Assembly (NCBI GenBank): GCA_964234715.1
Contig: OZ174289.1
Source: Podarcis melisellensis
Taxonomy: Eukaryota
Reading direction: 5' to 3' (one strand)
DNA: 64,000 nt
A program made the translations under genes and the position numbers. Each line of letters starts with the position of its first letter. Positions within the stretch are counted from its first letter, which is position 1. A model generated the notes under the pieces. It saw only the letters and a program-made list of their open reading frames with translations, was not told the origin of the DNA and did not search any database. This document shows positions 49,790 through 63,618 of this stretch, piece after piece.

Positions 49790-50057
49790 TTTCTCAAAAA
49801 CAGTCATACCAGACAAATCTCATTTACAAGCCTGATGGATCAGGGGAATGCTGTGGATGTAATGCATCTTGATTTCAGTATGGCTTTTGACCAAGTCCTC
49901 CATGATATTCTTGTGGAGAAGCTGGTAAAATGTGGACTGGGTGAGGTAACTGTTAGGTGGATTTGTAGCTGGTTGACCTCTCATAACCAAAGAGTGCTCA
50001 CTAATGGTTTCTCTTCATCCTGGATAAAAATGACAAGTTGGGTGCCACAGGGTTCTG
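49790..50057 (+). mobile_element. CR1 reverse transcriptase fragment
   Basis: DQGNAVDVMHLDFSMAFDQVLHDILVEKLVKCGL...WICSWL...QRV...SWVPQGS. Confidence 0.9.
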
Positions 50058-51723
50058 CAACATGTTCTAGTGCACAGCACTGGAACTATTTCAGATGCAG
50101 GTATCAAAGAGATGTTAGTGGGGGGGGGGGAGACAAATTACAGTCAAGTTCACAAGACCCACTCTTTGCTATACTCAAACATTCAAGCTTTCGTTTTTTG
50201 GTAACTTTTCTTCCATTGATGGAACAGAATTCATGTTAATGAGAATGGGATATTCTTGTCCCATCCAGTCCCACCTGGCTTTCTGTGCCTTCCAAAAAAC
50301 TTCCTCCATGGGTAGGGTGACTGTTGAGAATAGTGTGGGGCATGCATGGTGGGTGGAGGGGCTCAGATGGCCGGGGCAATTGATGGATATTGTCCTCCTC
50401 TAGTTAAAGAAAAAGGAACACCATATAAAATAATTTTCACTCACATAGAAGTGGTTAATTACTACCTACATCTTCCTCCTTAAACACTGGTATATTATTA
50501 TTATTAGTAGTAGTAGTAGTAGTATTAGTACAGTTTATTATCCACTGTAAGGCCACAGGGTGGATTACAACAATTAAAACACAGTTTTACACAATGTTAA
50601 AAACAACTTAAAACAACCTAATTTTGATAGTTTAATTCTATTTGTATTTGTTATTGCAGTTTTTATGCTAACAATTTGATATATAATTCAACCCAATTAT
50701 AATGTAATAATTATAATTATATATAATATAATAATTACAATACAATTTTAGCTGCCTTCTGGGGAAGAAGTAAGATATAAAGTTATTAAATATATTAATG
50801 ACCATAATATGAAGCAATACATTATTCTCTCTAATCTCCTGTCCTGCCCCAGCCCATTTATAGGATTCCCAAAGAATTAACACCTACTTTTGAAAGCCCC
50901 ATCATTATTACTACGAAAAGAACTTCAGTATTATCAATGAAGCTAACCTAGTAAGGAGGTAGCTAGATTGAACATGGTTAGGTGGAATGTAAATGACTCA
51001 AGGCACAAGTTTATAATTAAATTTTTAAAATTGAATTTATTTAAGGCTATCTAAGTTTACAAAGTGTTTTAAAATATAAGGAAGAAAACTTCTAAAAATG
51101 ACAAAGACATAGTAAATGGGAAACTACAGTTTTATAGGCTAGGTTGAAACCTGCCCTAGATAGCCTAAGATATCTTCATTATCAGAAATTTCCCAGGGAA
51201 AAAAATTTGAATTGCAAAAGTTCATTATTTAAGCAATTTCAAAATGGAACCAGCTATATCTCCCCTCATTTCTTGTATCAGAAGAGCTTTCTAATTAGAG
51301 AGACCATGTTAAAAAAAGGTCTCAAAATGTGATCATGTATGTTTTCTAAAGCAACTTCCAATGATGTAGCCAGTTATATAAAGAAAACATGTAAAGCCGC
51401 CCTTCACAATGGACCTTAGATAGAGCCACCTGAAATTTGCAGGAGTTTCTTTGTCTACAAATTTCATTCACTTATGTGACTATATATATATCACCATTGT
51501 GGTCAATGTGGGCAAAACAGGGCTGAGGAATTAACAGATCAGGTTCACCAGAGTTGTCAAATGGGAGGAGAAATTATCCAACAGATTCTCAGGGGTAGGG
51601 TTCACCACTGACAGTGGCAGTAGTACAGGGCTTTTTTTCTTGGGCTGTTGTGAGAATTTTGAATGGCAGCTGTGCCATGTTGCATCCTCCATAATTCCAC
51701 AGATATAGCATTGTTCCAGAGCA

Positions 51724-51750
51724 GTGTGTGTGTGTGTGTGTGTGTGTGTG
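51724..51750. repeat. (GT)n microsatellite
   Basis: Read directly. Confidence 0.95.
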
Positions 51751-52086
51751 ATGGTGACTGACATAAAAATCAGTATATGATTTGCAGAATTTTTTTTGCC
51801 AAATGGCTTTCTTTTACTAGGATGGGTGGCAAAGGGGGCCAGGGGAACCTCAGGCATTTTCTCAGAAAAGCCTTCTGAGAAATTTTGACTTTAATAGTTG
51901 CGTTAGGGAGAAAATACTGTGGATGACAATTACAAGTTGTCTGTGTGAACTAGTCCATACTGTCTGGGCTAACTTATAGGTGTAGACTTAGTTAGTTATA
52001 CAACAGATTTTACCTTTCTCCCAATGAAGTGATGCAATGTGTCAAAATATTAATCTAAAAATACGTTGAGAGAAAGCACACATATA

Positions 52087-52561
52087 TAAATATTTATATT
52101 TATGTATGTCACAACAGCAGCTAGGATTTTACTAGCCCAAATGGAAAACTGATAAAATACCAACAAAGAAACAATGGCAAGAAAAACTGATGGAATATGC
52201 TGAAATGGCAAAGCTAACTGGAAGACTTAAAGACAAGGACAATAGAGACTTTTAAAAAGACTGGGAAACTTTTATGTTGTACTTACAGAAACAATGTAAG
52301 GAAATGGACTCACTTGCAGGGTGACCAATAACCAACAAAACAACTATAGAAAATATAAAGATGAGGTTAAAATGATAAGAATATAATAATGGTTAATTTA
52401 AAGATTATTATACTTAGGGTTAGATAATAAGCAGGACAAGTTAATATCTTATAAACCAGAAAGGGAAGTTGGGGGAATTTGGTGGGGAATTATTTTGTGA
52501 TTATATTATAAGATGTTATTTTGTTAAAGATGAAAAATCTAATAATTTTTTTTTCCAAAAA
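52087..52561 (+). mobile_element. 5'-truncated L1 (ORF2 C-terminus plus 3' UTR)
   Basis: 19-bp TSD GAGAGAAAGCACACATATA at 52068-52086 and 52562-52580, preceded by TT; decayed FMYVTTAARILLAQ/WKTDKIPTKKQWQEKLMEYAEMAKLT. Confidence 0.9.
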
Positions 52562-54259
52562 GAGAGAAAGCACACATATAAATGCATGTTTCAAGAGAAA
52601 ATGCACACTTCAGTATTGTTTTGAGAAACTGGGGGTAGTATTCAACATTGCCGTTTTCCTGTTTTTGCATAACCAGCTCAAAACATTCAGAATTCAGAGC
52701 TGCAGGGGTAAGAAAATGTAACCATGTTGTTGCACTTTATGGGCACAAAGGCTTGCTAAGGGCAGATTTTCCAGCACAGCAAGCCTTGCAAGAGCAGGTT
52801 CTACCAATAGGCAGAGTGAGGCAATTGCCTCAAGCAGCAGGTGCTGTGGGACAGTGAGTGGTGGATGGTGGGATGCTTGTATGTGCCAAGCACACTATCC
52901 TTCATTTCCTAAGCTGCTGTCAATAGCAATGGATGATGTTGAAGATTCCACTACCATTCCAGACCCAGGAAGTGGAGAGGGTGTGCCATCATCTTTGCTT
53001 TGCATTAGGGCCCACATTGCTTTGGAACAGCCCTGAAAGTTTACAATCTCTTGTCAATTATGTAATTGTATGTGTGTGTAGGGGGAGGTCATTATTTTCT
53101 CTTATGCACTCCCAATTACAATCTAGCAACATCATTCTTTTTAAGATTCCAATGTGCTTCTGGAATTCTACATCCTCTGGAAGATCCTTGTCCTTTGAAC
53201 AACCACTCATACTTGAAAGGAAGCCTAACTGTTACAAATCAGCCATTCCCTTGCCTCAGCTCTCTTCCTTAGCAGCATAGCGCTGGCATTCTGCCTGGAC
53301 CGTAACTGTGTTCAAATATTCTTAACAGCTGGGCTTTTGTCACTGTCAGACGGGCACACTGCACCAGGGACAGCTGACATCATCTCGAAGGATGGGAGAG
53401 AGGAGAGTCCAGATGGACCAGCTCACAAACACTAACATTTTAACACCTGGTTGGTATCCCCCTTGGTAACTTCATATGGGAAAGGAAAATAAAGGACTTA
53501 CGTCAGCTTTATTCCAGTCACTCTAGAAATGAAGACTTCCCCGTGTCCCATCCTTTCTCCAAAAAGTTATCATCATGGTAACATAATGTTGATCAGTAAC
53601 CCTTTTTAGGCTGCAGATTCTGAACTGCTAGAGCAAAATAAATCCTTTTTTAAGCAAAAGATGAGTAAATTTAAGGCAGAAAGTAATATTAAGGCAGAGA
53701 GTAATTTTAACACAAGTGTTGTTGGACTCAGTCCCCATCAGCCCTAGCCAGCATGGTGAGAAATGATGGGGCTTGAAGTTCAACAGAATATCAAGGGTCA
53801 CAGTTTCCCCATCCCTATTTAAAAGGAAAATCAACATGAGCATACAAAAAATAAACTGCAGAGCATCATTTACTAGCCACCATATTGCACAATAGCTATA
53901 CTGGAAGAGGAGAGGATTCAGCATGTGGCTGGCCTTTGGAGTGTGTGTATCGAGTATGAAGTATGGCATTCTTTTGTGTTAGAAGTTAATTTCTCTATTG
54001 ACAGCAAAAACAAGTGTCAAAACAAAGGGACCAAAATGCCAGGCAGTTTCAGCTTCAAGATTTTGTTCCCGGATTTTTTGCGTGGGTGGGGAAGTCTTGA
54101 AAAAAATGCATGTGTAGCCTCACTTCCATCTTACTGTTGCTGCACTGGCTCTCAGGGTCCAATATGGAGCTGTGAGGGAGAGGCATGTGGAGGCTGCTTC
54201 TGCTTCTTGCTTTTACCTCTGATAACACCCTAGGAGAAGGCAGGTGAATGGGTGTTTGA

Positions 54260-54435
54260 ATGGTGCCTTGTGCACCTCCCCAGGGCAACTTCTTCAGCAA
54301 AGCTGGTGCCAGACACATTGCTCTGCTTTCCTCTGGACTACATCAGTGCGGCTGAGAGTGGGGTCTTGTTGTCTAGGCACACCAGGACCTCCATACACAC
54401 TGCCCAGGCTTGTGCCCTGTGGAGTTCACCTAGGT
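54260..54435 (-). mobile_element. Second copy of the 10310-10745 repeat
   Basis: Shared AAGCTGGTG.CA.A...ATTGCTCTGCTTTCCT.TGGAC.ACATCAG and GGACCTCCATACACACTGCCC. Confidence 0.7.
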
Positions 54436-56990
54436 GCTGCAAACACCATGGTTTGACTTTAACCTGTCCGTAGGTGCACATAGACGGATGCCGACAATAA
54501 GTGAATGCAGTAATATGAAGCTTTTGCCAGGGATGGTTATAACTAGAAAAAAGAAACAGAATGGAAACCAAGTTTTCTGTAGTTAGTATATATCCACCAC
54601 ATGTTATTGTGTTTTTAATAGCTATTGTGGCTTGTTCTTTGCCTGATCAATATGAGAAGCTCTCTCTCTCTCTCATATTCTCTCTCTGATTACTTAAGGC
54701 TGTGTGCTGGCTATGCACAGCCCCTGCCACCTCCCAAATGGGCTTTTCAAATGCAGTGTAATCACAGTTGCATTTTTGCTTGTTTACCACAATATTTACA
54801 AAGGGCACTGTAGTGACAAGAGATAGCATTAATGCCTGTGGAATAAGAAGCCATCTACCAAGAAAAGAGAAGCACCCTGAACTTCTGCCACTGCAGTAGT
54901 AATCAGTGGCAAGGACAAAGATCTGTAGTTCTGTGGGGCAGACTGGACTTAAGAGGTACAAACCAGCAACCATAGGAGGAGGAAGGCATGAGAAGATCAG
55001 CAGATGTGTTGTACAAAGCTGTTGCTTGGGAGATTTTAAGAAGACAGGAACAGATTTCTCTGGTTCCACCTGCTAGTGAGGGTTTGCTTTGACCTAGCAT
55101 TCCCCTCTGAATTCCTTGAACTAATTATGGAACTGGCAAATGCATACTTTGCTACTTATTTAATTTCCTCCTTAATTTTAATTTCTAACATAAACACCTT
55201 ACCAATTCATACAAGCATTTTCAAATACTATATAAAAATATCAGATTTTTAAAAAATCAGCTTTTATGGTACATTTTGTATTTGGGATTTACAGTTTTGA
55301 TTTATGTTTTATTTTTATTTTGCATCTAGGGATGGATTAATCAGTCTGTTTTCAGGTCCTGTCCATTTCACATGGATTCATAAGATGCTTCTGTCCTGTT
55401 TCTGCATTAACTTTGGATTTCTTTGTAAAGTCAGTACCAAAAAAAGTCTATTTAAACAAGCACCTAAATGTGTATTACATCACAAAATGCTAATTATATG
55501 CTTTGAGTAAATGGATATATTTCTAAATGTATTTTATCCAGAAGTAGACATTCTAAACACATTTTGGTACTTCTGTAATGTAAAATTTGGAGAAATGCAA
55601 GATTGGAAAGACATATAATCCGTGTTAGTTTGCCAGTAGGTGTGAATTAGGTCAGTTGGCTTAAATATCCAGACCAAAATGGAACTCACCTCCAGTTCTA
55701 ATTGGAAGTAGCCCAGAGAATGCCTCTCTCACTCTTCAGTGGGGACAAATTTCCTATGCCTATATACTAAGAAGGTTTGAGTGATTTCTCCCACGGAAGG
55801 ATCTGCAGAAAGACTCATTGAGCTTTTCAGACCAATTGCAAAGGTGTGATCCAGATGAATTAAAATTGTGTCATCTCTCAAAACTGGTTTTGCTAGCAAC
55901 AACATATGGAGAGCACTATGTTGACTACCCCTGGCATAGACAATACTGAGCTAGATAAACCAATGGTCCCACTCTGCAAAAGGCAGCTTCCTATGTTACT
56001 AAACAAAAAACACTGTTGTGTTGGGAACTGCAAGTTCTATGACTTAACTTCTTTTTAGTTTGTTGGCATTAATTTAATATTCTTAACCTAAGGAATAAGT
56101 TACCGTTGCAGCTATTGCTTTAGATGGAAGACACCTTGGGAGTTAGCATCTGTTCTTGAAATTCAAATGTAAAAATGGGGGCAAATTAAAAGTTTTCTCT
56201 TACTGTGCAGAAGTTTTTATGGTTTCATCCAAAGTCAGGCTTCTAAGCATTGCTGACCTGGCATTCAGAGTGTGTTCTCCATAGGACAGCATATCTTTAA
56301 ATCTTTTCCATTCATTAGCTTGCACTTCATTTGCTTCTTAGCTGTCATTCCTGAGAAGTCTCTTACTGAACTTAGGTGTTATCCGAGTTCACTTTCTCTT
56401 AGGTATATGTTACATTTGTGCAAGGAACTGTTTATAAGAGTCATGGCTCAAAGCGATTTCTAACCTCAGTATTCACGAAGTTTTAAATACCAGGCATTTT
56501 TATGTAATATCTTATAGGAATAAATATTTATATAAAGTGCTATAGCATCAAAGTATTATATTAAGGTAAAGTTTATTTGGCATAATTAGCGAAGGCTGCC
56601 TCAAAGTACCTTCAAATAGACAGACTTATTCACATTATCATTATCAATAGCCAAAATGCAATTTTGGACCATATTTACACAAAGGAATACTGTAGGTGAA
56701 AATCCTTTAAGCCTTTTGGAAGTATTGAAAGGATTACCCAAATCCTTAAAGTTCTCATAGGCTTAAAAGAATGACTCAGTCATTGGATTGTATACATTAT
56801 GTAACTAACCATAGTAGAATACCGTATTTCACTGTGTTATGGTTGTCACCGCATAATAATCGCACACACACCCCTTCAGCCATGACATTGAAATGGCTGC
56901 ATGGGGAAAGTTGTGGAATGTATATTTTAAGTTTACAACATGTTATACGCTGAAATAGAACCGCATGAAAATGATGCATAGATAGTATTT

Positions 56991-57287
56991 ATGGCAAAAA
57001 TGTATAAATCAAAATCAAACACATGCTGGAAATGTATAGAAAACGAAGGTACTTTTTACCATATGTGGTGGTCTTGTAAGAGAGCAAAATCTTTCTGGGA
57101 AATGATTTATAACGAATTGATAAAAAACCAGAAGTGTTTCTTCTAGGGATACCAAGATTCCAAAAGACAAAAATAAAAATAAAAATAAATGTTTATGTAT
57201 GCTATAACTGCAGCTAGAATGGTTTTAGCCCAGAGATGGGAAGAAGATGTAGTACCAACCAAGGAAGAATGGCTAACTAAATTAATT
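56991..57287 (+). mobile_element. L1 ORF2 C-terminal zinc-knuckle fragment
   Basis: [43 protein letters not shown] (CX2CX8HX4C), then MFMYAITAARMVLAQRW. Confidence 0.88.
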
Positions 57288-58582
57288 CAAACTCCCATTC
57301 ATTTTACTGGAAAAACAGATGAACCAAACTGGGATTAATCCGTTGGTTTTGTTTTTCATTCTTTTCTCTCTCTTAAATGAATGTGGGCCACTGAATTTCC
57401 TTCAATACATCAGGAACAAGGGAGGAATAAAGATCAACATTAGGAACAAGAACTTCATTGGGAAATAGGGTGGGAGGAGACTTAGCAGTTCCTCCTATTT
57501 GCAAAGAAATCACTGTAGAGGTGGCATGATTGGGGGTGCTGCTGCTGAAGAGGTACACATCTGGCCTCTAAGGAGTGTGCTGTAGCTGTCAATGTGGCTG
57601 TGGCAGCAGCAGTGGGTGATGCATTCCTGGAACAGAGGTGGTTTCCTCACCTCGCCTCATGGGTGGGCAGCCCAGCTTGTTTAGTATTTGGTTTCACTGT
57701 CAACAACCCCTCCCAAAATTTGATCATCAGTATGTGCATAGCAAACCCAGAATGTGAGGCACTGTGTCAAATCAGTTCATTAGCAGTTTCCCTTATTATT
57801 TCTTTCACCCCACCCCCCAAGTTTTTCTCTCTATTGCTGCTGCCAGCTGTGGCCTCATTACAAATCTGGATCCGACAGTATAAAACAGCTTGGAACACTG
57901 AGATAGATTTCAACAGATTAAAGACTGCACCGTAATGTACTAGACTTAATCCTAGCACCGGTAAACTCCTTATATGCTATCCTTCCCTCAAGATTACAAA
58001 GATTTATGTAACCATTTTTTTTCGCTCTTCCACATTCAAAGCAGCTTAGGGGAATCAACATAGATTGTTCTGGGTGTTGAATAAAAGCTGTAAACCCAGA
58101 TCAGGCATTGCTTTTCTTCAGATACTATATTACACGGTAGCACTTTAAAAACTGAGTGGTCATAAGAGACCTGAATGAATAGCAAAAAAATAGCAAGAAT
58201 AATTATTCCTGGCGGGGATATTACAAATTGCTGTCCATGTACTATAATAGCTCAGAACATTACTTTTTTTAAAAAAATGTGCTGCAAAGAAAAGCATTAA
58301 CTTTTCTTTTTTTCTCCTTTTTTAAAGATTTGGATTTAATGAAGCTGTAGGGATGGTTTAAAGGCATTGCTATTTGCTGTTGTTAAAAAAACATTGTGAT
58401 ATACTAATTTCCTCATGGAAAAAATCAGCAAGAAGGGACATGAATAAAAAGCTAGCAACAATGACTACATTTTGGAAAGCGAGAGTGTCAAAGCGAGAGG
58501 GCAAGGCACCTCCATTCAGCTGTAAAAGCAAGGTGTGAACATCTCTGCCATGGCTTCTTCCTTTTCCGTTTTGTGCCTTGAC

Positions 58583-58748
58583 ATGAAGATTAAAGGGAGA
58601 CATGATAGCTGTCTTCAAATATCTGAAGGGCTGTCATGCAGATGATGAAGCAGATCTGTTCTCTGTTGCTCTGGAGGCCAAGAATAGATCTGATGGCTAT
58701 AAATTGCAAGGAAGCAGATTTCAGCTAAATGTGGGGAGAAACATCCTA
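58583..58748 (+). mobile_element. CR1 ORF2 C-terminal fragment
   Basis: RLKGDMIAVFKYLKGCHADDEADLFSVALE. Confidence 0.8.
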
Positions 58749-59114
58749 ATGAACTGATATCAGAGTCTGTCTCCCTGTGAGCAATTGAACAAGGACACTT
58801 GACTCTGGTATCCCGAAGTAGAATGCTTGCAACATCCCTAAAAGCAGAGGCTTTTGTGATAGCACTCATTGTTACAGAGTAGCATCACCTCTTTCTTTAT
58901 TTATTTCTGTCTGTTCTTCTTTCTCTTTTTGCTGTCCATGGCAGCCATTTATTTCCAGCACCCATGATGCTGATAGTGCTCATATTTGGGGATTCTGTTT
59001 ATTTGTTTGTTGAGGGGGCAGGGGAGAAATCCAAACATGGAGAGAAGGGGCTGACATACATAGATTTTTGAATTTATTTTTACATTGGCAGCCTTTTTTT
59101 TTTTTAAAGGAACT

Positions 59115-59940
59115 TGTCAGAGCTGCCCAAGGTCCCAGCTCACAAAGGACCAACGCCAGTTCGTTACTATTTACAAAGGTCTTTATTGCAGTTCAGTTTC
59201 GATTTCCAAGCCGCGGCGCGCAGCTCTACGTCTCAAACTCTAGACCGCTGAAGCTCCGTCTGAATCTCCTCCCCCCAGACACCAGTTTAAGACTCTAGCC
59301 TTGCTCCACCTCTTCCTTTGCTCTTTCCTCCTCTGGGTCCGCCTGTCCGCTGGGGCCTCGCTCCTTCTACACTCTTCTGACGCTGATTCCCCTGAGTCTT
59401 CCCCCTCTCTCCGGCGGGCTTTAGGACCTGGTTCCCAATCCGTGTTTCCTGCTGTGCCGCGCGCCTGCACATTCGAACTTGGCGCGCGCGCCCAGCCGGC
59501 AACCTTCCTCCTGACCGTTACAATGCTCCTGCCACTGCTTTCCCCTTCGGGGAGGCTAGCTGAAACAGACTTCCCCTCCGTTCCCTCACTCTGCGATGGA
59601 GGCATGGCCAGCTCTGACTCATCTTCTCTCCCTGCTGGGGGAGACACTGGCCCTGATCCATGGGACCCTTCCCCCCCCACTACGCTCTGGTGGGGAAGCT
59701 GGTCCTGATCTCCAGCTGCTGCTTTGGGAGTCCCCACTGGCCTTTTGTTTCTGGTGCGTCCCCCCTGGCACTTCCCTTGCCCTGGCCATCGGCGCCCCCT
59801 TCTGGGAATCTTCTGATTCGCCGGAGAAGCTCATGGAATCTCTTGGGTCACTGTCATACTCCCCTACGCTTCCCTCAGATTCTTCCCCTTCGCTCTCCAT
59901 TCCCTCTCTCCCCTGTGCCTCTGCTCCTGAGCCCCTGACA
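59115..59940 (-). mobile_element. Young solo LTR (826 bp), family C
   Basis: TGTCAG...CTGACA termini; perfect 5-bp TSD GAACT at 59110-59114 and 59941-59945; AATAAA on the minus strand near 59182-59187; CpG-rich. Confidence 0.9.
59240..59900 (-). pseudogene. Putative LTR-encoded low-complexity protein (~220 codons) broken by a 1-bp frameshift
   Basis: ORFs 59619-60041(-) and 59240-59737(-) join into one frame if the G8 run (59671-59678) is G7; repeated SGP.SPP motif; basic C-terminus. Confidence 0.4.
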
Positions 59941-61291
59941 GAACTGTTTCCATCACATTGTGGCCTCTTCTTCCCAGCTGTCCCAGCTGCCATCACAGGG
60001 GTATTTGAAGGTCCATCTTGCCTTGCTAGGAGGGAAAACATAGTAGCAACTGTTTCTAAACAAACAAGTTGCCATATCCATTCTATTGTAACTTGTTCTT
60101 TTTTAAAGCAATGCTTATGGTTGTAATGGTCTTATGTGCACTTCTTTGTGAGGCCCACCTTAAAAGTCATACATAAATAGTGAAAAGAAGTAAGCAAAAA
60201 ACTAGGGGGGACGGAAGCAAGGTGTCATAAAATTAGAGGTGTACATTGGATTTAAATAAATTCTAAATTCTGAGGTGGTCAGGTGCCTCAGAGGGATTGT
60301 TGGCTTGTCAAAAGGTGAAACAAGAACTCTACAAGGTGGCCCAAGTTAAAGCAGGGACCCTGAAAGTGCCTCGTGATGCCTTGGTGATATAGACATTACA
60401 AAATACTGTAAACAGGCATCTGCTGAGAAACACTATGCTGGGGTCATGAGTAAAGGGAGAGCAAACATCAGATTGGTGAGAGAGTGGAGGAAGAACTGCA
60501 TTGTACCTCACAGGTGAATACTATGTCTAGAGGGAATGGTTTCACCTGGAAAGCAGATTCCTTTCTGTTGTTTCCTTTCCAATATCAACCTTAAATATAT
60601 GGTAACACAAAAATAATCCCCTGGACTTCTTTTTCTGCAACTGAGCATACTTTTTATGCCTCTCTGATGTATGAATTTTTCAGAACAATTGCCCATAAAA
60701 CTCTAGAGGGGAGTTGAAGTAATGCCCACCCCCAGAACTAAGCTTTTTTTTAGGAAAGTTGTTGACAGATGCTGATTCCGCCATTGAAATCCCGGATGTG
60801 TCTGAGAAAATCCAGACATATGGCAACCCTATGTTGCTCTTGCGGGAAAATCCTTGCATCCTCTGGAATTTTGCAAGATTAAATCCCTCAAATGGTTCTA
60901 GGTATTTCCTTTAAATAAACAAACAAATATAAAGATTTCCAGCACAGAAATCCCTGGGCTTATTTGTCTGTAATTTGGCATGCTTTGTCCACTTTGGAGA
61001 AGCTACTCTGTCTGCAAATTTTATAAACATCTGTCAAAAGGAAAAATTCAGGTTGTTGTTTTTAAGGTCCCAGTAGTAGATGGGAGAAACAAAGCAGACT
61101 AAAAAGGCAGGGTGTTTTCTGAAGCTCCATACTAATATCTGAATGGCCTGTTATGGTCAGTGCAAACCCATACTTACAAAGGTGGCAGTGGGAGTATTGC
61201 TTCCTCACCTTTTTTGGTAACTTTTTAAAGCTTCCAGCTTTACCCTGTCATCATCTGTTTCTTCTCAGAATGCCTGTAGCTCTACTAGAGT

Positions 61292-61745
61292 GGATACGAT
61301 ACGATATCTTTATTGTCGTTGTCCCATACAGAACAAGAAAATTGAAAAATCTACATAAGACATTCAAAACCCAACAAGCCTGTTATCCCAGCTATCCCAA
61401 CTTGGTTGGCCCCCTAAAAACTCTGATACCCCATTTTTAAATACAATATACTCCCATACAGACTCCTTACAATGCGTTTAAAACCAAAATCACATTTGGG
61501 TAGAAGCTGTTTCTCAGGCGGCTAGTCTTAGTCTTTATAACCCTGTACCTTCTTCCAGGAAGCTGAAAGAGATCATTTCCGGGGTGCACACTATCCTGCA
61601 CTATCTCTGCAGCTTTCTTATGGCACCTGGAAGCATAGATTTGATCCAAGGTGGAAAGAGTGCACCCAATTATTTTCTCCTCAGTCTTTACAACCCTGAC
61701 AGCATTGTTTTTTCCCTGACTGTGCAGCTCCCAAACCACACACCA
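61292..61745 (-). mobile_element. Rex1/Babar-clade LINE 3' end
   Basis: RVVKTEEKIIGCTL...DSVHPGNDLFQLPGRRYRVIKTKTSRLRNSFYP; 3' AATAAA followed by (TATCG)n tail. Confidence 0.85.
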
Positions 61746-62572
61746 TTAGCCTATGGTAGTGCTATGCATCTGAAGCTGACAGAGATGATAACTCCCCCCC
61801 CCAAAAAAAAATAACCAAGAAAGGGTTAGAAGCTTCCCCAAGCTATAGTAAACCCCCTCTCTTAAACAGGAAGAAGCCTCCCCATACTGCCACTGTAAGC
61901 CTTCTCTCCTAGAAACCATTTCAATCCCAGTTTGACTGCTAACAGGGCAGTGAATTTGGGACTCATATTTTGATCCACCCATAATATTCTCCCTGTATTT
62001 CAAACGCTGCCAAGACAGCATGGCACGGATCCATGCTCCCCATTCTGGCAATGTTAAGTAGTGCCCTTGTGCTATTTAGATTCTCTCCTCTTTTATTTCT
62101 TTCTGCCCGTCTGCTCTTTCTGGAAGTTTGACCGGTTCATTTTCTCTAAATATTTATTTTTGTTAGAATAGCAATATTTTAAAATGTAGCATAGTCTCCA
62201 GAGAGTTTGAGTTTCACTGGTCTGAAAAGCACTTCACATCAGTCCTTCAGATGACATTTATCATTGTCTAGAATTCTGGTTATTTTCCTGCTGATGTAAA
62301 TTTAACATTATCTGGCTGTTAAAGGGAAATATCATGGAACACTCTCTCTCTCTCCCGCCCCCCACCAACAAATGCTAGACAAGACAAAGTAGGCAGCTGA
62401 TCTAAAAAGCCCATTGTCTTCTTATTGAATAAAAACTTATCATAATCAACAACAACAACCCAACTCGTTTTTTAAAAGCTTGGGATGGCATACGAATGTA
62501 AATATTTTCTGTTGTCCATACCTAGATAAAGAGAAGAAAGAGACTGTACTGTATCCCTCCTCTGATTAATAA

Positions 62573-63162
62573 TGTTGCATGTCCCCCTCGCCATTTTCTG
62601 AGTGGTATGAGATTCCAGGGGTTCCAGGTGCTTACTTAGGGTTCATGTTTCCTTCAGAATGAGGAACAGCGGAGACTGTGGTGTCTTTATGATATAGGGC
62701 TTATTTACACATATATACAACCCTAGTTTGCAGTGGAAGGGTTCACAGCATTAACACCCCAAATGTTTCTTGCTGTACCCATAGCCGCAGCTTAAGATTC
62801 AAACAGAAATCAAACATTGCTCTCTCTCACTCCCTGCCCCGCCTCCAGCTTTTTGCTTTTCTTCTCACTCACATTACTGCAAACTCTCAACCCTCGTCTT
62901 TGTCCTTTTCAAACTACCAGCCAGTAGGCTCTGAGCCTTCTTCCCTTGGGAGTTCCTCAGCTGGTGCCCTACCACCACTCCTCCACATCCAGCCAGTCCA
63001 TGAAACCATGTCAGATATGCCCAAGGAGCACAAGATTAGCAACAATATGCTGCTTGAACAGCTGAAACAGGACAGCTGAAATGGGGAGGAAGTAGGTGAA
63101 ACAGATGATGCTTATACCCTTTCAATCCATGGCTACACCTGTTGGTGGTACAGTTTTATACA
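62573..63162 (-). mobile_element. Solo LTR-like element, family A, copy 2
   Basis: Minus strand starts TGTATAAAAC and ends TGCAACA; homologous to 3290-3830; no TSD seen. Confidence 0.6.
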
Positions 63163-63618
63163 GCCCAAGAGATATGGCAAGCCATTTCCCTCCCATTGAC
63201 TTTAATGGACATTTCTTCTTGGTCATTGAAAGGGGAGTGATCTATTGACTGTGTCAGCCATGAAGCTCACAACCAATGCAACAAATAAATTTGCAGCTGG
63301 GTCATTTGTTCCATTGAAATGTGTTTTGTCATTATTTTATAAGGCTCTAAATTGTGTGTTTTTATTTTATTTTGAATTTATTATATATATATTTAAAATA
63401 AAAAAACCAAGATTCTCTTCTGAAGCTTTCTGAAGCTTTCAGTATCCATATCAGTGGTAACAACAAATGAGCTGCAGTCTAGCTGAGTTAGAAATGAATT
63501 TAATCCAGGTACATCTTCTTTATAAACAGAGTGTCAAGCATGACTCACGGGTGTTAAGGTGTGGGCATTTTAATAACATGAGAGATAGCATGACAGCTCC
63601 TGTGTATGAGCTAATATA

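Noticed and set aside
49640-50239. 199-aa ORF as a host gene
   Set aside because: Only the central ~90 aa are meaningful, and they are a CR1 RT fragment.
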